A stretch of DNA of 64,000 bases from Salinigranum sp. (GTDB lineage Archaea; Halobacteriota; Halobacteria; Halobacteriales; Haloferacaceae), in assembly GCF_041641895.1 (NCBI RefSeq), contig NZ_JBEPXO010000002.1:8814-72813 (forward strand), read 5' to 3'. Shown in pieces: positions 28,728-39,189 of this stretch (position 1 is its first letter; every line of letters begins with the position of its first letter). A model generated the notes under the pieces. That model saw only the letters and a program-made list of their open reading frames with translations, was not told where the DNA came from and made no database searches. The position numbers and the translations under genes were made by a program.

Positions 28728-29456
28728 ATGAACGAATCGTTCGTAATCCTCCACGTCGACGACGACGAGAGCTGTCTGCAGCTGTCGCGCTCGTCGTTCG
28801 AGCGTGCCCTCTCGGACGTCGAGGTCGTGACCCGAACCGACCCGGACGAGGCGCTCGCGACGCTCGGCGTCGAGTCGGTCGACGCCGTCGTCTCGGACTC
28901 GGTCGACCTGGCGGACGGCACCCCGTTCGTGGAGGCCGCCCGGAACGCGTATCCGGACCTCCCCATCGTGCTCTACACCGGGCGCGAGTTCACCGACGCC
29001 GCCCCCGTCATCACGCGGGCCGGGGTCTCCGAGTACGTTCAGAAACGCGCGGGCACCACGGTGCAGGACCTCGTCGGCCGCGTCGAACGTCTCGTCGACG
29101 AGGCGGGGTCGCGTTCGTCCACCGACCGGTTCCGGTACACGCCCCCGAACCGTGACGACGACTCGACCGGCGAGACCACTCCCTCCGACACCGTCGCCAC
29201 CGACGAGTGGACCGAACTCGCCTGCTGCGACCCGACGTCGGTGGACGACCTCGTCGTGACGCTCGTCGACGTCCTCGGCGACCGGGCCGACGAACGTCCG
29301 CTGGTCGAACTGTTCGACGCCGAGGCGCTCGCTCGCGTCTTCGAGTCGCCCGCAGACGACGACGCTCGCGTTCAGATACACCTCCGACTCGACACGCACG
29401 AAGTCGTCATCACCGCCGACGGCGTCGTCGCCAGCCGTCCCTCCACCCCCGCGTAG
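28728..29456 (+). CDS. Response regulator: receiver plus HalOD1-like domain (paralog)
   Basis: ILHVDDDE, AVVSD, IVLYTG, YVQK; PLVELFDAEALARVF...EVVITADG. Confidence 0.85.
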   Translation: MNESFVILHVDDDESCLQLSRSSFERALSDVEVVTRTDPDEALATLGVESVDAVVSDSVDLADGTPFVEAARNAYPDLPIVLYTGREFTDAAPVITRAGVSEYVQKRAGTTVQDLVGRVERLVDEAGSRSSTDRFRYTPPNRDDDSTGETTPSDTVATDEWTELACCDPTSVDDLVVTLVDVLGDRADERPLVELFDAEALARVFESPADDDARVQIHLRLDTHEVVITADGVVASRPSTPA

Positions 29457-29473
29457 GTTCCGCCCGTCCCGAC

Positions 29474-30121
29474 TCAGGTCCGGTCGAGTTCGTCGAACGA
29501 CGAGACCCGGTGGTCCGCGAGGACACAGTGTCCTCGCCGCTCCGGTGGGTGTCTCTCGACGTGGATTCCGTCGAGACCAGCGTTCCACGCCGCGCCGATG
29601 TCGCTCGCACCGTCCCCGGCGAGGACGCCGCGTGCCCCTGCTGGGACGTCGAGCTGCGACAGCGTGTACTCGACCGGTGCCGGGTCGGGCTTCCAGCCGA
29701 CTTCGGACGTACAGCACAGCACCGCGTCGAACCAGTCGCGAATGTCGAGGTGGTCGAGGACCGGCTCCGCGAGGAACTCCTGGCAGTGCGTCACGAGACC
29801 GATGGGACGGCCCGCGCGCTGGACGTCGCGGACGAGTGCGGCCGCGTCGTCGTGGAGGTAGGTCGCCTCCGCACGGACGAACGGGTCCTCCTCGTCGTGG
29901 AAGACGGGCCAGAACTCCGCGGGGTCGATGCCCCAGGCTCGGAGCTGTGGGTCGCGCGCGCCGTTGAGGCCGTGCCAGATGATTTCGGCCTCCCGGTCGG
30001 AGAACTCTCTGCCCAGGCGGGTGCCGACGCGCTCGAACACGTCGCGCGTGTACGCCCAGTCGGCGTCGACAATTGTCCCGTCGAGGTCGAACAGCCAGAC
30101 GTCGTACTCGCCGGCGACCAT
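29474..30121 (-). CDS. HAD-superfamily hydrolase
   Basis: FDLDGT, GLVTH, KPDP and GDGASDIGAA motifs I-IV. Confidence 0.92.
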   Translation of the reverse strand: MVAGEYDVWLFDLDGTIVDADWAYTRDVFERVGTRLGREFSDREAEIIWHGLNGARDPQLRAWGIDPAEFWPVFHDEEDPFVRAEATYLHDDAAALVRDVQRAGRPIGLVTHCQEFLAEPVLDHLDIRDWFDAVLCCTSEVGWKPDPAPVEYTLSQLDVPAGARGVLAGDGASDIGAAWNAGLDGIHVERHPPERRGHCVLADHRVSSFDELDRT

Positions 30122-30203
30122 CACCCTGAGGATGGTGACGAAGTGGTAAGTCGTTTGTGCCCCAGCTCTCGGTCGTGAGAACCGCCAGTCCGTCACCCGG
30201 ACG

Positions 30204-30599
30204 CTAGTCCCGCACCCGGATGGACGAGCCGAGGTGGTTGTGTCGCACCTCGTGCACCGAGTCGGCGTTGTACCGGTCGAGTTCGGCGGCGACGGCGTCG
30301 GCCCACGCGTCGTCGTACCGCTCGCTCACCACGCACTCGCTGAACGAGACGTGGTCGACCGGGACGGAGAGCCACTCCTCCATCACCTCGCGGAACCGGC
30401 GCTCGTCGGTCAACTCCCCGCGCCAGAGCCACTCCTCGAAGAACCGCCACCGCCCCTCTTCGTCACCCGGTTCGGCGGCGGGGTAACGGACGACTGTCTC
30501 GAACGTCCCCGGGTCGGTCTCGACGCCGGGCCCGTCCAGTCGGAACCGGACGCGGAACACGTACCACGCCTCCGGGCCGTCCGTTCGGTTCGTCTCCAC
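30204..30599 (-). CDS. LWR-salt family protein
   Basis: YVFRVRFRL, WRFFEEWLWRGEL, HLGSSI. Confidence 0.8.
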   Translation of the reverse strand: METNRTDGPEAWYVFRVRFRLDGPGVETDPGTFETVVRYPAAEPGDEEGRWRFFEEWLWRGELTDERRFREVMEEWLSVPVDHVSFSECVVSERYDDAWADAVAAELDRYNADSVHEVRHNHLGSSIRVRD

Positions 30600-30600
30600 G

Positions 30601-30876
30601 TTATCGCTCGTCGTTGAACAGGTTCGCCAGTCGGATGTCCTTGTCCGTCACGCCACCCTCCTCGTGGCTGGTCAGGCGCACCTCGACGGTCTGGTAGCCG
30701 ATGATTATCTCGGGGTGGTGGAACTCCTCCTCTGCGACTTCGCCGACGTGTGTCGCGAAGGTGACGCCGTCGAGGTAGTCGTCGAAGTCGTACGTCCGGG
30801 TAATCTCGTCGCCGTCACGTTCCCAGCCGTCGGGAAGCCGCTCGTCGACCTCGTCGTCGGAGAGCAGTTCGGCCAT
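30601..30876 (-). CDS. Pterin-4-alpha-carbinolamine dehydratase
   Basis: AEEEFHHPEI, LTSHEEGGVTDKDI. Confidence 0.93.
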   Translation of the reverse strand: MAELLSDDEVDERLPDGWERDGDEITRTYDFDDYLDGVTFATHVGEVAEEEFHHPEIIIGYQTVEVRLTSHEEGGVTDKDIRLANLFNDER

Positions 30877-30922
30877 ACCCGTGGGTCGTCGCCGCGTGGG
30901 TTAACTGTTCGGTCTATCCCGC

Positions 30923-32266
30923 CTAATCGTCGCTCAGGCGGTCGACGACGTGCTGTGGGACTTCGGCGTCGTCGGGAATCGCCTCGGGCATCTCGCTCCT
31001 GGGCAGCGCCGGGGGGTCGCCGCCGAACTCGGGGTCGAACAGCTGCATCGCGGTCTGGATGGTGGTCCAGTCGTCGGCGGCGGCGGCCTCCCGGAGGCTC
31101 TTCGTCGGCGCCGCGAGCAACTGGTTGACGATGGTGTCGGCCAGCGCGCCCACCGTCTCGCGCTGTTCGTCGGTGAGTTCGCCCTGTGACTCCAGTTTCC
31201 GAAGCGCCGTCTCGACCTCGCTCTGCTTCATCCGCTCGGCGTTCTCGTACATCGCCCCGATGGCCTCGTCGGCCCGGTTGCGTTTGAACCGCTCCATCAG
31301 GTGGGTGAACTCCGCGTCGATCATCTCCTCAACGCGTTCGGCCGCCACCCGACGCCGCTCGTGGGTCTCGTCGGTCACCGACTCGAGCGCGTCGATGTCG
31401 CGGACGGTCACGCCCTCTAGCGAGTCGACTGCCGGGTCGATGTCGCGTGGCTGGGCGATGTCGACGAGGAGCGTCGCCCCCGCCCCGGCGAGCATCGCGT
31501 CGTCGAGGACGTAGTCGGGGCTGGCAGTCGCGCTCACGACGAGGTCCGCCTCCCCGACTGCGGCCGCGAGTGCGTCGAGACCGATCGCGCTCGCCGCACA
31601 GGTCACGTCCCGGGCGACGTGTTCGGCGTGTGGCACCGTCCGGTTCGCGACCAGCAGTCGCGGGACGCCGGCGGCGTCGAGCGCACGCGCGGCCAACAGC
31701 CCCATCTCGCCCGCGCCGACGACGAGCGCCGTCGTCTCGGTCAGGTCGAGGTGTCGCTCCGCCAGTCGGACCGCAGCGGACCCGAGCGAGACGACACCCT
31801 CGTTGATGGCCGTCTCGGACCGGGCGCGTTCGCCGACGTGGAGCGCCTTCGTCAACGCCTCGTCGAGCGTCGGCCCGACGCCGCCGACGGCGCGCGCCTC
31901 CTCGAGCGCGGTCCGGAACTGGCCCAGGATCTGGTCCTCGCCGAGGACGAGCGACTCCAGTCCGGCGGCGACCCGCATCAGGTGCCGGATGGCCGCCTCG
32001 TGGTCGAGGTCGACGACGGCCCCGTCACGAACGTCGGGGGCGAAGTCGCGCAGGGCGCGTCGGCCGGCGGCCGCGTCGTCGGTGACGACGTACGCCTCGG
32101 CACGGTTGCACGTCCGCAGCGCGAACGCCTCTTCGACCCCCTCGCGGGCGAGGAGGTCACGGACGGTCTCGCGCTCGGAGTCGCCCTCGACCCGTTCGAT
32201 CTCGTCGACGCTCGCGTCGACGTGCGAGACGCTCACGCCCGTGATGACGTTTCGGCTCCCGCTCAT
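30923..32266 (-). CDS. hemA: Glutamyl-tRNA reductase
   Basis: LRTCNRAEAY (catalytic Cys), GLESLVLGEDQILGQ, GAGEMG, DIAQPRDI. Confidence 0.97.
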   Translation of the reverse strand: MSGSRNVITGVSVSHVDASVDEIERVEGDSERETVRDLLAREGVEEAFALRTCNRAEAYVVTDDAAAGRRALRDFAPDVRDGAVVDLDHEAAIRHLMRVAAGLESLVLGEDQILGQFRTALEEARAVGGVGPTLDEALTKALHVGERARSETAINEGVVSLGSAAVRLAERHLDLTETTALVVGAGEMGLLAARALDAAGVPRLLVANRTVPHAEHVARDVTCAASAIGLDALAAAVGEADLVVSATASPDYVLDDAMLAGAGATLLVDIAQPRDIDPAVDSLEGVTVRDIDALESVTDETHERRRVAAERVEEMIDAEFTHLMERFKRNRADEAIGAMYENAERMKQSEVETALRKLESQGELTDEQRETVGALADTIVNQLLAAPTKSLREAAAADDWTTIQTAMQLFDPEFGGDPPALPRSEMPEAIPDDAEVPQHVVDRLSDD

Positions 32267-32991
32267 GGGCGCTCGTGCTCCGGTTCCGAGGGGTTCGTGG
32301 TCTCGATTCCAATCACGTCCTCTGCTACTTTTCGAGCGTTCGTCGTGCCCGTACGTAAAGCCTTCCAAACGCGCGACGACCGCACGACGCGACGCATCGT
32401 CTCCCGGCGTTCGGTGGGGGTGAGGTCGCGCGTCTTCAGGTCCGCGCGCAACTCGCGGGTCAGGTCCGCCATCGCTCCCGCCCCCGCCAACTCGCCGTCG
32501 AGTCGCTCGCGCAGGTACTTCGAGAGCGCCGGGCTGGCACCCCCGGTCGTGATGGCGACCGAGACGGTGCCGTCGTCGACCGTCGCGGGGACGACGACGC
32601 TCCCGACGTCGCGCTCGCCCGCCCGGTCGGTCCGGTTGACGAGGACGTTCCGGGCGCGTGCCGCCGTGGCGACGGCCGCGTTTACCTCCTCGCTGTCGGT
32701 GGCGGCGACGACCAGCGCCGGGTCCACCCGGTCGATCCAGTCGGGGACCGCGTCGGGCGTCGGCGCGTCGCGGACGAGTTCGATACCCGGCCCCGTCGAC
32801 TCCGACTGCGACCACGTCTCGTGGGTCGCCTCCCGCGCCGTGTGCGTCTCGGCGAGGCCGTCGGTGAAGTCGGGGCTCACGACGACGACGGACGCCTCCG
32901 CGGCGAACCGGCGTGCCTTCCGTTCACCGACCCGGCCGCCGCCGAAGACGAGGACGGTCTGGTCGGTGAAGTCGTGGACGAGTGGGATCAT
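32263..32991 (-). CDS. sirC: Precorrin-2 dehydrogenase/sirohydrochlorin ferrochelatase (SirC/CysG N-terminal type)
   Basis: VLVFGGGRVGERK, VVAATD, VAITTGGASPAL; ATGA overlap with hemA. Confidence 0.9.
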   Translation of the reverse strand: MIPLVHDFTDQTVLVFGGGRVGERKARRFAAEASVVVVSPDFTDGLAETHTAREATHETWSQSESTGPGIELVRDAPTPDAVPDWIDRVDPALVVAATDSEEVNAAVATAARARNVLVNRTDRAGERDVGSVVVPATVDDGTVSVAITTGGASPALSKYLRERLDGELAGAGAMADLTRELRADLKTRDLTPTERRETMRRVVRSSRVWKALRTGTTNARKVAEDVIGIETTNPSEPEHERP

Positions 32992-33010
32992 GTCGTGTGG
33001 TGTGCTCGGT

Positions 33011-34108
33011 TCAGGCGTCGTCGGCCTCGGTCGTCGGTTCGGCCTCTTCGCTCGTGTTCGCGTCCGCGCGCTCGTCGAGGCGGATGCCCGTCTTCTTCAG
33101 GATGCGCGTCGAGAACAGCGTGTCCCAGTCGTCGTCGCCGACGTCCCAGTACTCGGCCATCGTCTCGCGCACCTGTTCGACCCGTTTCGCGGACTCCTCC
33201 TCGGACCGCCCGTGCGTCATCGCGAAGAAGTTGTACGGCCAGACGCCCTCGTGACGCGGCCGCTGGTAGCAGTGGGTGACGAACTCGAGTGCGGCGACGG
33301 CGGGACCGACCGTCTCGACCAGTTCGTCCGGGACGTTCCAGACGGTCATGCCGTTCTCGGTGTACCCGAGGGCGTAGTGGTTCGGGACGACGCCCACGCG
33401 CCGAATCTTCCCCTCGCTGACGAACCGCTTCAGCGTCTCCCGCACCCACTCGACGTCGACACCGAGTGCCTCGGCCACGTCCCGGTACGGCGTCGCGGTG
33501 ACGGGGAGGCCACCCTGCACTTCGAGCACGAGGTCGCGCTCGTCGGGCGTGAGCGTCGTTCTCCCGTCGAGTTCGACCGCCGGGCCGAGGTCCGAGAGGT
33601 CGACGCCTTCCTCGAACAGCGGGCCGTCGACGAAGAACTTCGCCTCGACGCGGAACTCCCGCTCCTTGGGGAGGTTGTACGTCGGTTGGCCCGTCTCCTC
33701 TTCGATGGCCGCGAGCACCTCGTCGACCCGCGACGCGTCGGCGACGCTCACCACGAACCACATGTTCAGGTGCGGGTGTTCGCGCTCGTAGTTGTGGGCC
33801 ACCTCCCGGTGACTGTTCACCTGATCCGCCACCTCGTCGAAGCGCTCCGGCGGCGCGTGCATCGCGACGAGCGTCGCGGTGCCGCCGATTTCCTCGGCGT
33901 TGACGAGCGGGCCGAACCGTGAGAGGACACCCGTCTCGTCGAGGTGGCGGACGCGCTCGACGAGCGTCTCGGCGTCGACGTCGACGCCACGCTCGCAGAG
34001 CGCCGCGGCGGCCGCCTCGAAGGGCCGTTCGACCACCGGGAATCCCCCCTGGAAGGCGTTCACGACTGCGCGGTCGAGCCGCGTCAACTCCGCGTCCACC
34101 GTCTTCAT
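33011..34108 (-). CDS. ahbB: Siroheme decarboxylase (fused AhbA/AhbB, Lrp/AsnC-like)
   Basis: Two Lrp-like repeats; VAHNYEREHPHLNMWFV and VTHCYQRP...WPYNFFAMTHG; next to sirC and hemA. Confidence 0.88.
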   Translation of the reverse strand: MKTVDAELTRLDRAVVNAFQGGFPVVERPFEAAAAALCERGVDVDAETLVERVRHLDETGVLSRFGPLVNAEEIGGTATLVAMHAPPERFDEVADQVNSHREVAHNYEREHPHLNMWFVVSVADASRVDEVLAAIEEETGQPTYNLPKEREFRVEAKFFVDGPLFEEGVDLSDLGPAVELDGRTTLTPDERDLVLEVQGGLPVTATPYRDVAEALGVDVEWVRETLKRFVSEGKIRRVGVVPNHYALGYTENGMTVWNVPDELVETVGPAVAALEFVTHCYQRPRHEGVWPYNFFAMTHGRSEEESAKRVEQVRETMAEYWDVGDDDWDTLFSTRILKKTGIRLDERADANTSEEAEPTTEADDA

Positions 34109-34172
34109 ATCCGACCCTCCGTGCGAGGAGCAGTTAAGCGTCTCGTCCCGGTTCTCACCGACCGAAACCCGT

Positions 34173-34592
34173 TCACTCCGTCCCCTCGTCGTCGGTCCGG
34201 ACGGTCGTCACCCGGTCGACGTGGTCGAGCGCCTCGACGGCCTCGACGACCGACGCCTGGTCGACGCCCGCCTCGTAGTAGAACACGAGGTCGAACGTGC
34301 CCGCGCGCAGGAGTTGCTGACACTCCCAGACGAACTCGTCGTCGTCCAGGGTGAGCCCCTGGAACTGGTTCGAGGCGAACTCCGTGGTGTCGTTGCCGGC
34401 GTAGATGTACGACTCGCCCTTGCCGGCGTGGCTGGCAATGACGTCGTTGAGGTCGACGGTGAGTTCGTGCATCTCCAGGTCCTCGTTCCCTTCGAGGTCC
34501 GTGTGGACGATGAGTCCGACGAGTTCGATGTCGCCGGGTTCGATGAGCGCCTTCGTCCGCCGGTAGAGGTCCTCGTCGTAGACGTCGGCCAT
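34173..34592 (-). CDS. Conserved haloarchaeal hypothetical protein (DUF5778-like)
   Basis: MADVYDEDLY...YIYAGND..EFASNQFQG...FVWECQQLLR...VFYYEA. Confidence 0.7.
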   Translation of the reverse strand: MADVYDEDLYRRTKALIEPGDIELVGLIVHTDLEGNEDLEMHELTVDLNDVIASHAGKGESYIYAGNDTTEFASNQFQGLTLDDDEFVWECQQLLRAGTFDLVFYYEAGVDQASVVEAVEALDHVDRVTTVRTDDEGTE

Positions 34593-34725
34593 ACGTCCGA
34601 CTCGGTGAGACGGGCATTTACTGGTGACGATAGCTGTCGCGCCTCGTGGGGGCGCCGAACGTCGCCCGGGCCGACCGCAGCGCCGAACAAAAGACACATA
34701 TCGGCGGCGGCGAGAGTCGTGTCAC

Positions 34726-35682
34726 ATGTTGCGCTGGGTGCGGACGCAGTTAGAGCAGGCGTACGTCCGCCACCTCGACCGAGCCATCGAGGACGGACCC
34801 ACCCACGTCGCCATCATCCAGGACGGCAACCGACGCTACGCGAGACAGCAGGGCGGCGAGGCACCGGACGGCCACCGCGCCGGCGCCGAGACCACCGAAC
34901 AGGTGCTCAACTGGTGTCAGGAACTCGGCATCGAGGAACTCACCATCTACGCCTTCTCGACCGAGAACTTCGAGCGCCCGCCCGAAGAGCGCGAACCGCT
35001 GTTCGACCTCATCGAGTCGAAGCTGTACGAACTGGCCGACGCCGACCGCGTCCACGACAACGGGATGCGCATCCGTGCCGTCGGCCAGGTCGACCGCCTC
35101 CCCGAGCGCCTCCGCGAGGCGGTCGACTACGCCGAGGAGCGGACGCGGGGACACGACTCGTTCAATCTTAACGTCGCGCTCGCCTACGGCGGACGGGCCG
35201 AACTCCTCGGTGCCGCCCGGGACGTCCTCCGCGCCGTCGCCGACGGTGACCTCGCCGCGGGCGACGTCGACGTCGACGCCATCGACGCCCGACTCGCGGG
35301 CCAGCCGGTACGGGACGTCGACCTCATCATCCGGACGGGCGGCGACGAGCGCACCTCGAACTTCCTGCCGTGGCACGCGAACGGTAACGAGGCGGCGGTG
35401 TTCTTCTGTGCGCCGTACTGGCCGGAGTTCTCGAAACCCGACTTCCTCCGTGCCATCCGGACGTACGAGTCCCGCGAGGAGTCGTGGCGCCACACCCGAA
35501 CGGAGCGCGCGGTGGCGCTCGTCCGGGCCGTCGCCGAGACCGAACTGGCGGAGGCACGAACGGTGTCGGCCCGTCTGCGCGAACAGCTCTCGACGACTGC
35601 GGCCCGCGAACTCAACGCCGAACTCGAGCGGCACGATAACGGCCAGGGACAGCGTGAGAGCGAGGCCGGTTACGCGGACTGA
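34726..35682 (+). CDS. uppS: cis-prenyltransferase (UppS family)
   Basis: HVAIIQDGNRRYAR, YAFSTENFERP, YGGR, DLIIRTGGDERTSNFL. Confidence 0.96.
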   Translation: MLRWVRTQLEQAYVRHLDRAIEDGPTHVAIIQDGNRRYARQQGGEAPDGHRAGAETTEQVLNWCQELGIEELTIYAFSTENFERPPEEREPLFDLIESKLYELADADRVHDNGMRIRAVGQVDRLPERLREAVDYAEERTRGHDSFNLNVALAYGGRAELLGAARDVLRAVADGDLAAGDVDVDAIDARLAGQPVRDVDLIIRTGGDERTSNFLPWHANGNEAAVFFCAPYWPEFSKPDFLRAIRTYESREESWRHTRTERAVALVRAVAETELAEARTVSARLREQLSTTAARELNAELERHDNGQGQRESEAGYAD

Positions 35683-36216
35683 CGACCCTGACCCTGCCGT
35701 TCGGGTGGTCGCGTTACCCTGTGGCCGTCTGAACGCCGGACGGGTGAGACGACACATCACTCGTCGCGTGTACTCTGAGCGAGAGCGACGCCCCCGACAC
35801 GCTCGCAACACGCCGTGACTCGGTCGGGTCGACGTTCTCACACCCCTTCGATCGGTCGCTCGTCTCAGCCCTCCGTGCCGCCGTCGCTGCGACGTCATCG
35901 TCCCCGGTGACGAGACGTCCGACGAGGCGCGCACAGAGCCGTGTGACTGCGGTCGGGTCTGTACTGAATCGCGCTCGGGAACAGTGCAGTGCAGAGCGCA
36001 CCGCGCGAGTCGGTCACGGACGAACCCATGGTCGACGGCCTGGCTCTCGGCCTCGGACTCTCTCTCGTGTATTCCACGTCGGCGGGCCATGGTGCGACCG
36101 GGGTCCGGCTACTCTCCATTTCGAAAACGTATGCAGTCATTGTCAACTGTTCGCACATGTTCTACTCGTGTCGGATAATATATAGGACTAAACAACCACC
36201 TCCGAACGTGTGAGGC

Positions 36217-38037
36217 GTGAAGCGATCACAACAGACGAGCGACCTCGGGCGCCGAGCGGTCTTGGGGCTCACCGGTGGAACCGTCTTCGGACTACTTACG
36301 GGCACGGCCGTCGCGCGCGGCGACTCGGCTGCGTCGGACGGCGCGGCGATTACACCCCAGGTTGAGGGTGAGGCCTCGGGGTACGAGAACCTCAAACTGG
36401 AACAGATCGGTCGGTACGAGTCGAATCTCTTCGACGAGGGCGGGGCCGAGATTATCTCCTACCACGCCCCCACCCAGCGACTGTTCGTGATTAACGCGAA
36501 CCTCGGCGGCGTCGACGTGCTCGACGTCACGGGCGTCGACGCCTACGACGGCTCGAATCCGGCTGATCTCACGAGGGTCGGTCAAATCGATGCCGTGGCG
36601 GCCTCCGGCGTGAGTTCCGCGAACAGCGTCGCGACGTCCGAGGACCTCGTCGCCGTCGCGCTCGAAGCGGACACCGCACAGGACCCCGGACAGGTCGGCT
36701 TCTACGACCCGGAGACGCTCGAATCGATGGGCACGGCACCGGTCGGCGCACTCCCGGACAAGGTCACCTTCACCCCCGATGGAACCAAGGTGCTCGTCGC
36801 GAACGAGGCCGAGCCGACCAGCAACTACGCGTACGACCCGCAGGGCTCTGTCAGCATCGTCGACGTCTCCGACGGCGTCGACGCGGCCACGGTCGACACC
36901 GCGGACTTCACCCGCTTCAACGGCCGCGAGGACCAGCTCCGACAGCAGGGAATCCGTATCTTCGGTCCGAACGCGAGCGCGGCACAGGACTTCGAGCCCG
37001 AGTACGTGACGATCAGTGACGACTCGACGACGGCGTGGGTCTCCCTCCAGGAGAACAACGCCATCGCCGAAATCGACATCAAGAACGCACGGGTCCGCAA
37101 ACTCCTGCCGCTCGGGTTCAAGGACTACAGCCTGACGGGGAACGAACTCGACGCCAGCAACGAGGACGGCGGGGTCAACATCCGCAACTGGCCGATTCAC
37201 GGCATCCTCCAGCCCGACGCGATTGGCGCGTACAGCCCCAACGGCAAGACGTACATCGTGACGGCCAACGAGGGGGACAGCCGCGACTACGACTCGTACA
37301 GCGAGGAGGCAGAGGTGGCCGACCTCCGACTCGACCCCGACGCGTTCGACTTTGACGAGATCGACGGTATCGACAGCGTCGAGGAGCTCCAGGCCCCCGA
37401 GAACCTCGGTCCGAAGGGCGTGACGACGACGCTCGGCGACGTCGACGGCGACGGCCTCTACGAGGAGATCTACGTCTTCGGCGGCCGCTCGTTCAGCATC
37501 TTCACCACGCAGGGCGAGCGGGTGTTCGACAGCGGGAGCGACTTCGAGGACATCACCGCCGAGCGGTTCGGTGACGACTTCAACAACGACAACACGGAGA
37601 ACACGGGTGACAGCCGGAGCGACAACAAGGGTCCCGAGCCCGAAGGTCTCACCATCGGGCAGATCGGCGGCCGCTACTACGCGTTCATCGGCCTCGAACG
37701 CGTCGGCGGGGTCATGGTGTACGACATCACCGACCCCGAGTGTGCGACGTTCGTCGACTACGTCAACAACCGGGACTTCGACTTCGACATTCAGGATGAA
37801 ATCGCGGACGGTACTGCCGATGCTGGCGCCGCTGGCGATCTCGGCCCGGAGGGGCTGGACTTCGCCACCGCAGAGGAGAGCCCGATCGACGACCCCCTCG
37901 TCTTCGTCGGCCACGAGATCAGCGGGACGACGGCGGTGTTCCGCGTCGTGAGCGACGACAGTGACGACGATCAGCGGGAATCGTCGTGTGCCGCTGACTC
38001 ACCCGGTAACGGTAACGGAAACGGCAACGATAACTAG
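36217..38037 (+). CDS. Tat-exported choice-of-anchor I beta-propeller protein (alkaline phosphatase-like)
   Basis: LGRRAVL twin-arginine signal; VANEAEP, FEPEY, LQENNA, QPDAI, TANEGDSRDY, RSDNKGPEPEG, FIGLERVGG, GPEG motifs. Confidence 0.85.
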   Translation: MKRSQQTSDLGRRAVLGLTGGTVFGLLTGTAVARGDSAASDGAAITPQVEGEASGYENLKLEQIGRYESNLFDEGGAEIISYHAPTQRLFVINANLGGVDVLDVTGVDAYDGSNPADLTRVGQIDAVAASGVSSANSVATSEDLVAVALEADTAQDPGQVGFYDPETLESMGTAPVGALPDKVTFTPDGTKVLVANEAEPTSNYAYDPQGSVSIVDVSDGVDAATVDTADFTRFNGREDQLRQQGIRIFGPNASAAQDFEPEYVTISDDSTTAWVSLQENNAIAEIDIKNARVRKLLPLGFKDYSLTGNELDASNEDGGVNIRNWPIHGILQPDAIGAYSPNGKTYIVTANEGDSRDYDSYSEEAEVADLRLDPDAFDFDEIDGIDSVEELQAPENLGPKGVTTTLGDVDGDGLYEEIYVFGGRSFSIFTTQGERVFDSGSDFEDITAERFGDDFNNDNTENTGDSRSDNKGPEPEGLTIGQIGGRYYAFIGLERVGGVMVYDITDPECATFVDYVNNRDFDFDIQDEIADGTADAGAAGDLGPEGLDFATAEESPIDDPLVFVGHEISGTTAVFRVVSDDSDDDQRESSCAADSPGNGNGNGNDN

Positions 38038-38198
38038 CGCGCGAGCGGAAACGGCCGAGGCGCCTCCGCCCAACGAACTGGGCCTCGGTCCTCGTTCCGT
38101 GTCCGAACTCCCGAGTTGCGTGTTCGTCTTCCACCGTCCCCGTGTTCCGCCGGCGCTCGGCGTCCGACCACCATCGCGCACCACCCGACAGGCTCGAA

Positions 38199-38816
38199 CT
38201 ACCGTCCGAACCGCCTGTTCCGGTTCTGGTAGTCCAGCACTGCCCGGAGGTAGTCCCGCCGGCGGAAGTCGCGCCAGTTGACGTCGGTGAAGTACAGTTC
38301 GGCGTAGACCGACTGCCAGATCATGAAGTCTGAGAGCCGTTCGGCCCCCGTCTTGATGACGAGGTCCGGTTCCTCGCGGAAGACGAGGCGGTCCTCGATG
38401 TCCGTCTCGTCGATGGCCTCGATGTCCGCCTCGTCGAGGTCACCGCTGTCGACTGTCTCCGCGAGCGCCCGCACCGCCTCGGCGAACTCGTGTTTCCCAC
38501 CGAGGCCGACGCTCACCTGGATGGGTTCGGTCGCCGGTTCGGTGTCGCCCGGCTGTCGGACCGCCAGCGGGCGCGGGGCGTCGACTTCGAGCAGTTCCCG
38601 TTCGAGGGTCGGCACCACGGCCTCGTCGAGGACGCTCACCGAGATGGTGACGCGCTCGGCCCCGTACTCGAACGCCCACGAGAGGAACTCCTCCAGGGTC
38701 GCGTACGCGCCCTGTTCGAGCAGGTCCCGCTCGGTGATGATGACGGCGACGTGCGCCGGCGGCTCTTCGGGGTGGAGGCGGTGGCGGACGGCGAGGTACC
38801 AGTCGTACAGGCCCAC
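38199..38816 (-). CDS. Second cis-prenyltransferase-like protein (catalytically degenerate, Nus1/UppS2-type)
   Basis: [10 protein letters not shown] replaces the DGNRR motif; [27 protein letters not shown]. Confidence 0.88.
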   Translation of the reverse strand: MGLYDWYLAVRHRLHPEEPPAHVAVIITERDLLEQGAYATLEEFLSWAFEYGAERVTISVSVLDEAVVPTLERELLEVDAPRPLAVRQPGDTEPATEPIQVSVGLGGKHEFAEAVRALAETVDSGDLDEADIEAIDETDIEDRLVFREEPDLVIKTGAERLSDFMIWQSVYAELYFTDVNWRDFRRRDYLRAVLDYQNRNRRFGR

Positions 38817-39189
38817 GTCCCCTGGTCACCACCCGGGAACTAAATCCCGTCGGGTCCTTTCGGCCTTCGGCCTTACTTCCCCGACGACTTCCCACTCGCT
38901 GACGCTCGTGGGAATCCCGTCGAGTCCGTTCGCTCCGCCCATCCATCCGACGTAGTCACGTTCGCCGACTCACGGCTTCGCCGCTCGTCTCCTCGCGACG
39001 CTGCCGCGCCGCGCGCCGCTCACGTGACTCCCGTCGAGTCCGTCCTGCCGTGGTCCGCGTCGTCCTGCCTTCGTGCTGGCCCCCCCCGGCCCACTCCGCC
39101 TCGGTCTCTCGGGGCGTCCGACGGACCGCCGCCATGTCGGTCGAATCGGTGTCGGGACCGTTAAGTGTTCGTCCGGGGAACCAAGCGGT

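Noticed and set aside
35700-36200. Short ORFs upstream of the choice-of-anchor I gene (including one with CSHC)
   Set aside because: They overlap each other in several frames, are not acidic, and run through the AT-rich promoter.
38199-38816. Loss of the DGNRR catalytic motif in the second UppS-like gene
   Set aside because: Consistent with the known non-catalytic Nus1-type subunit of heteromeric archaeal cis-prenyltransferases; not a pseudogene.
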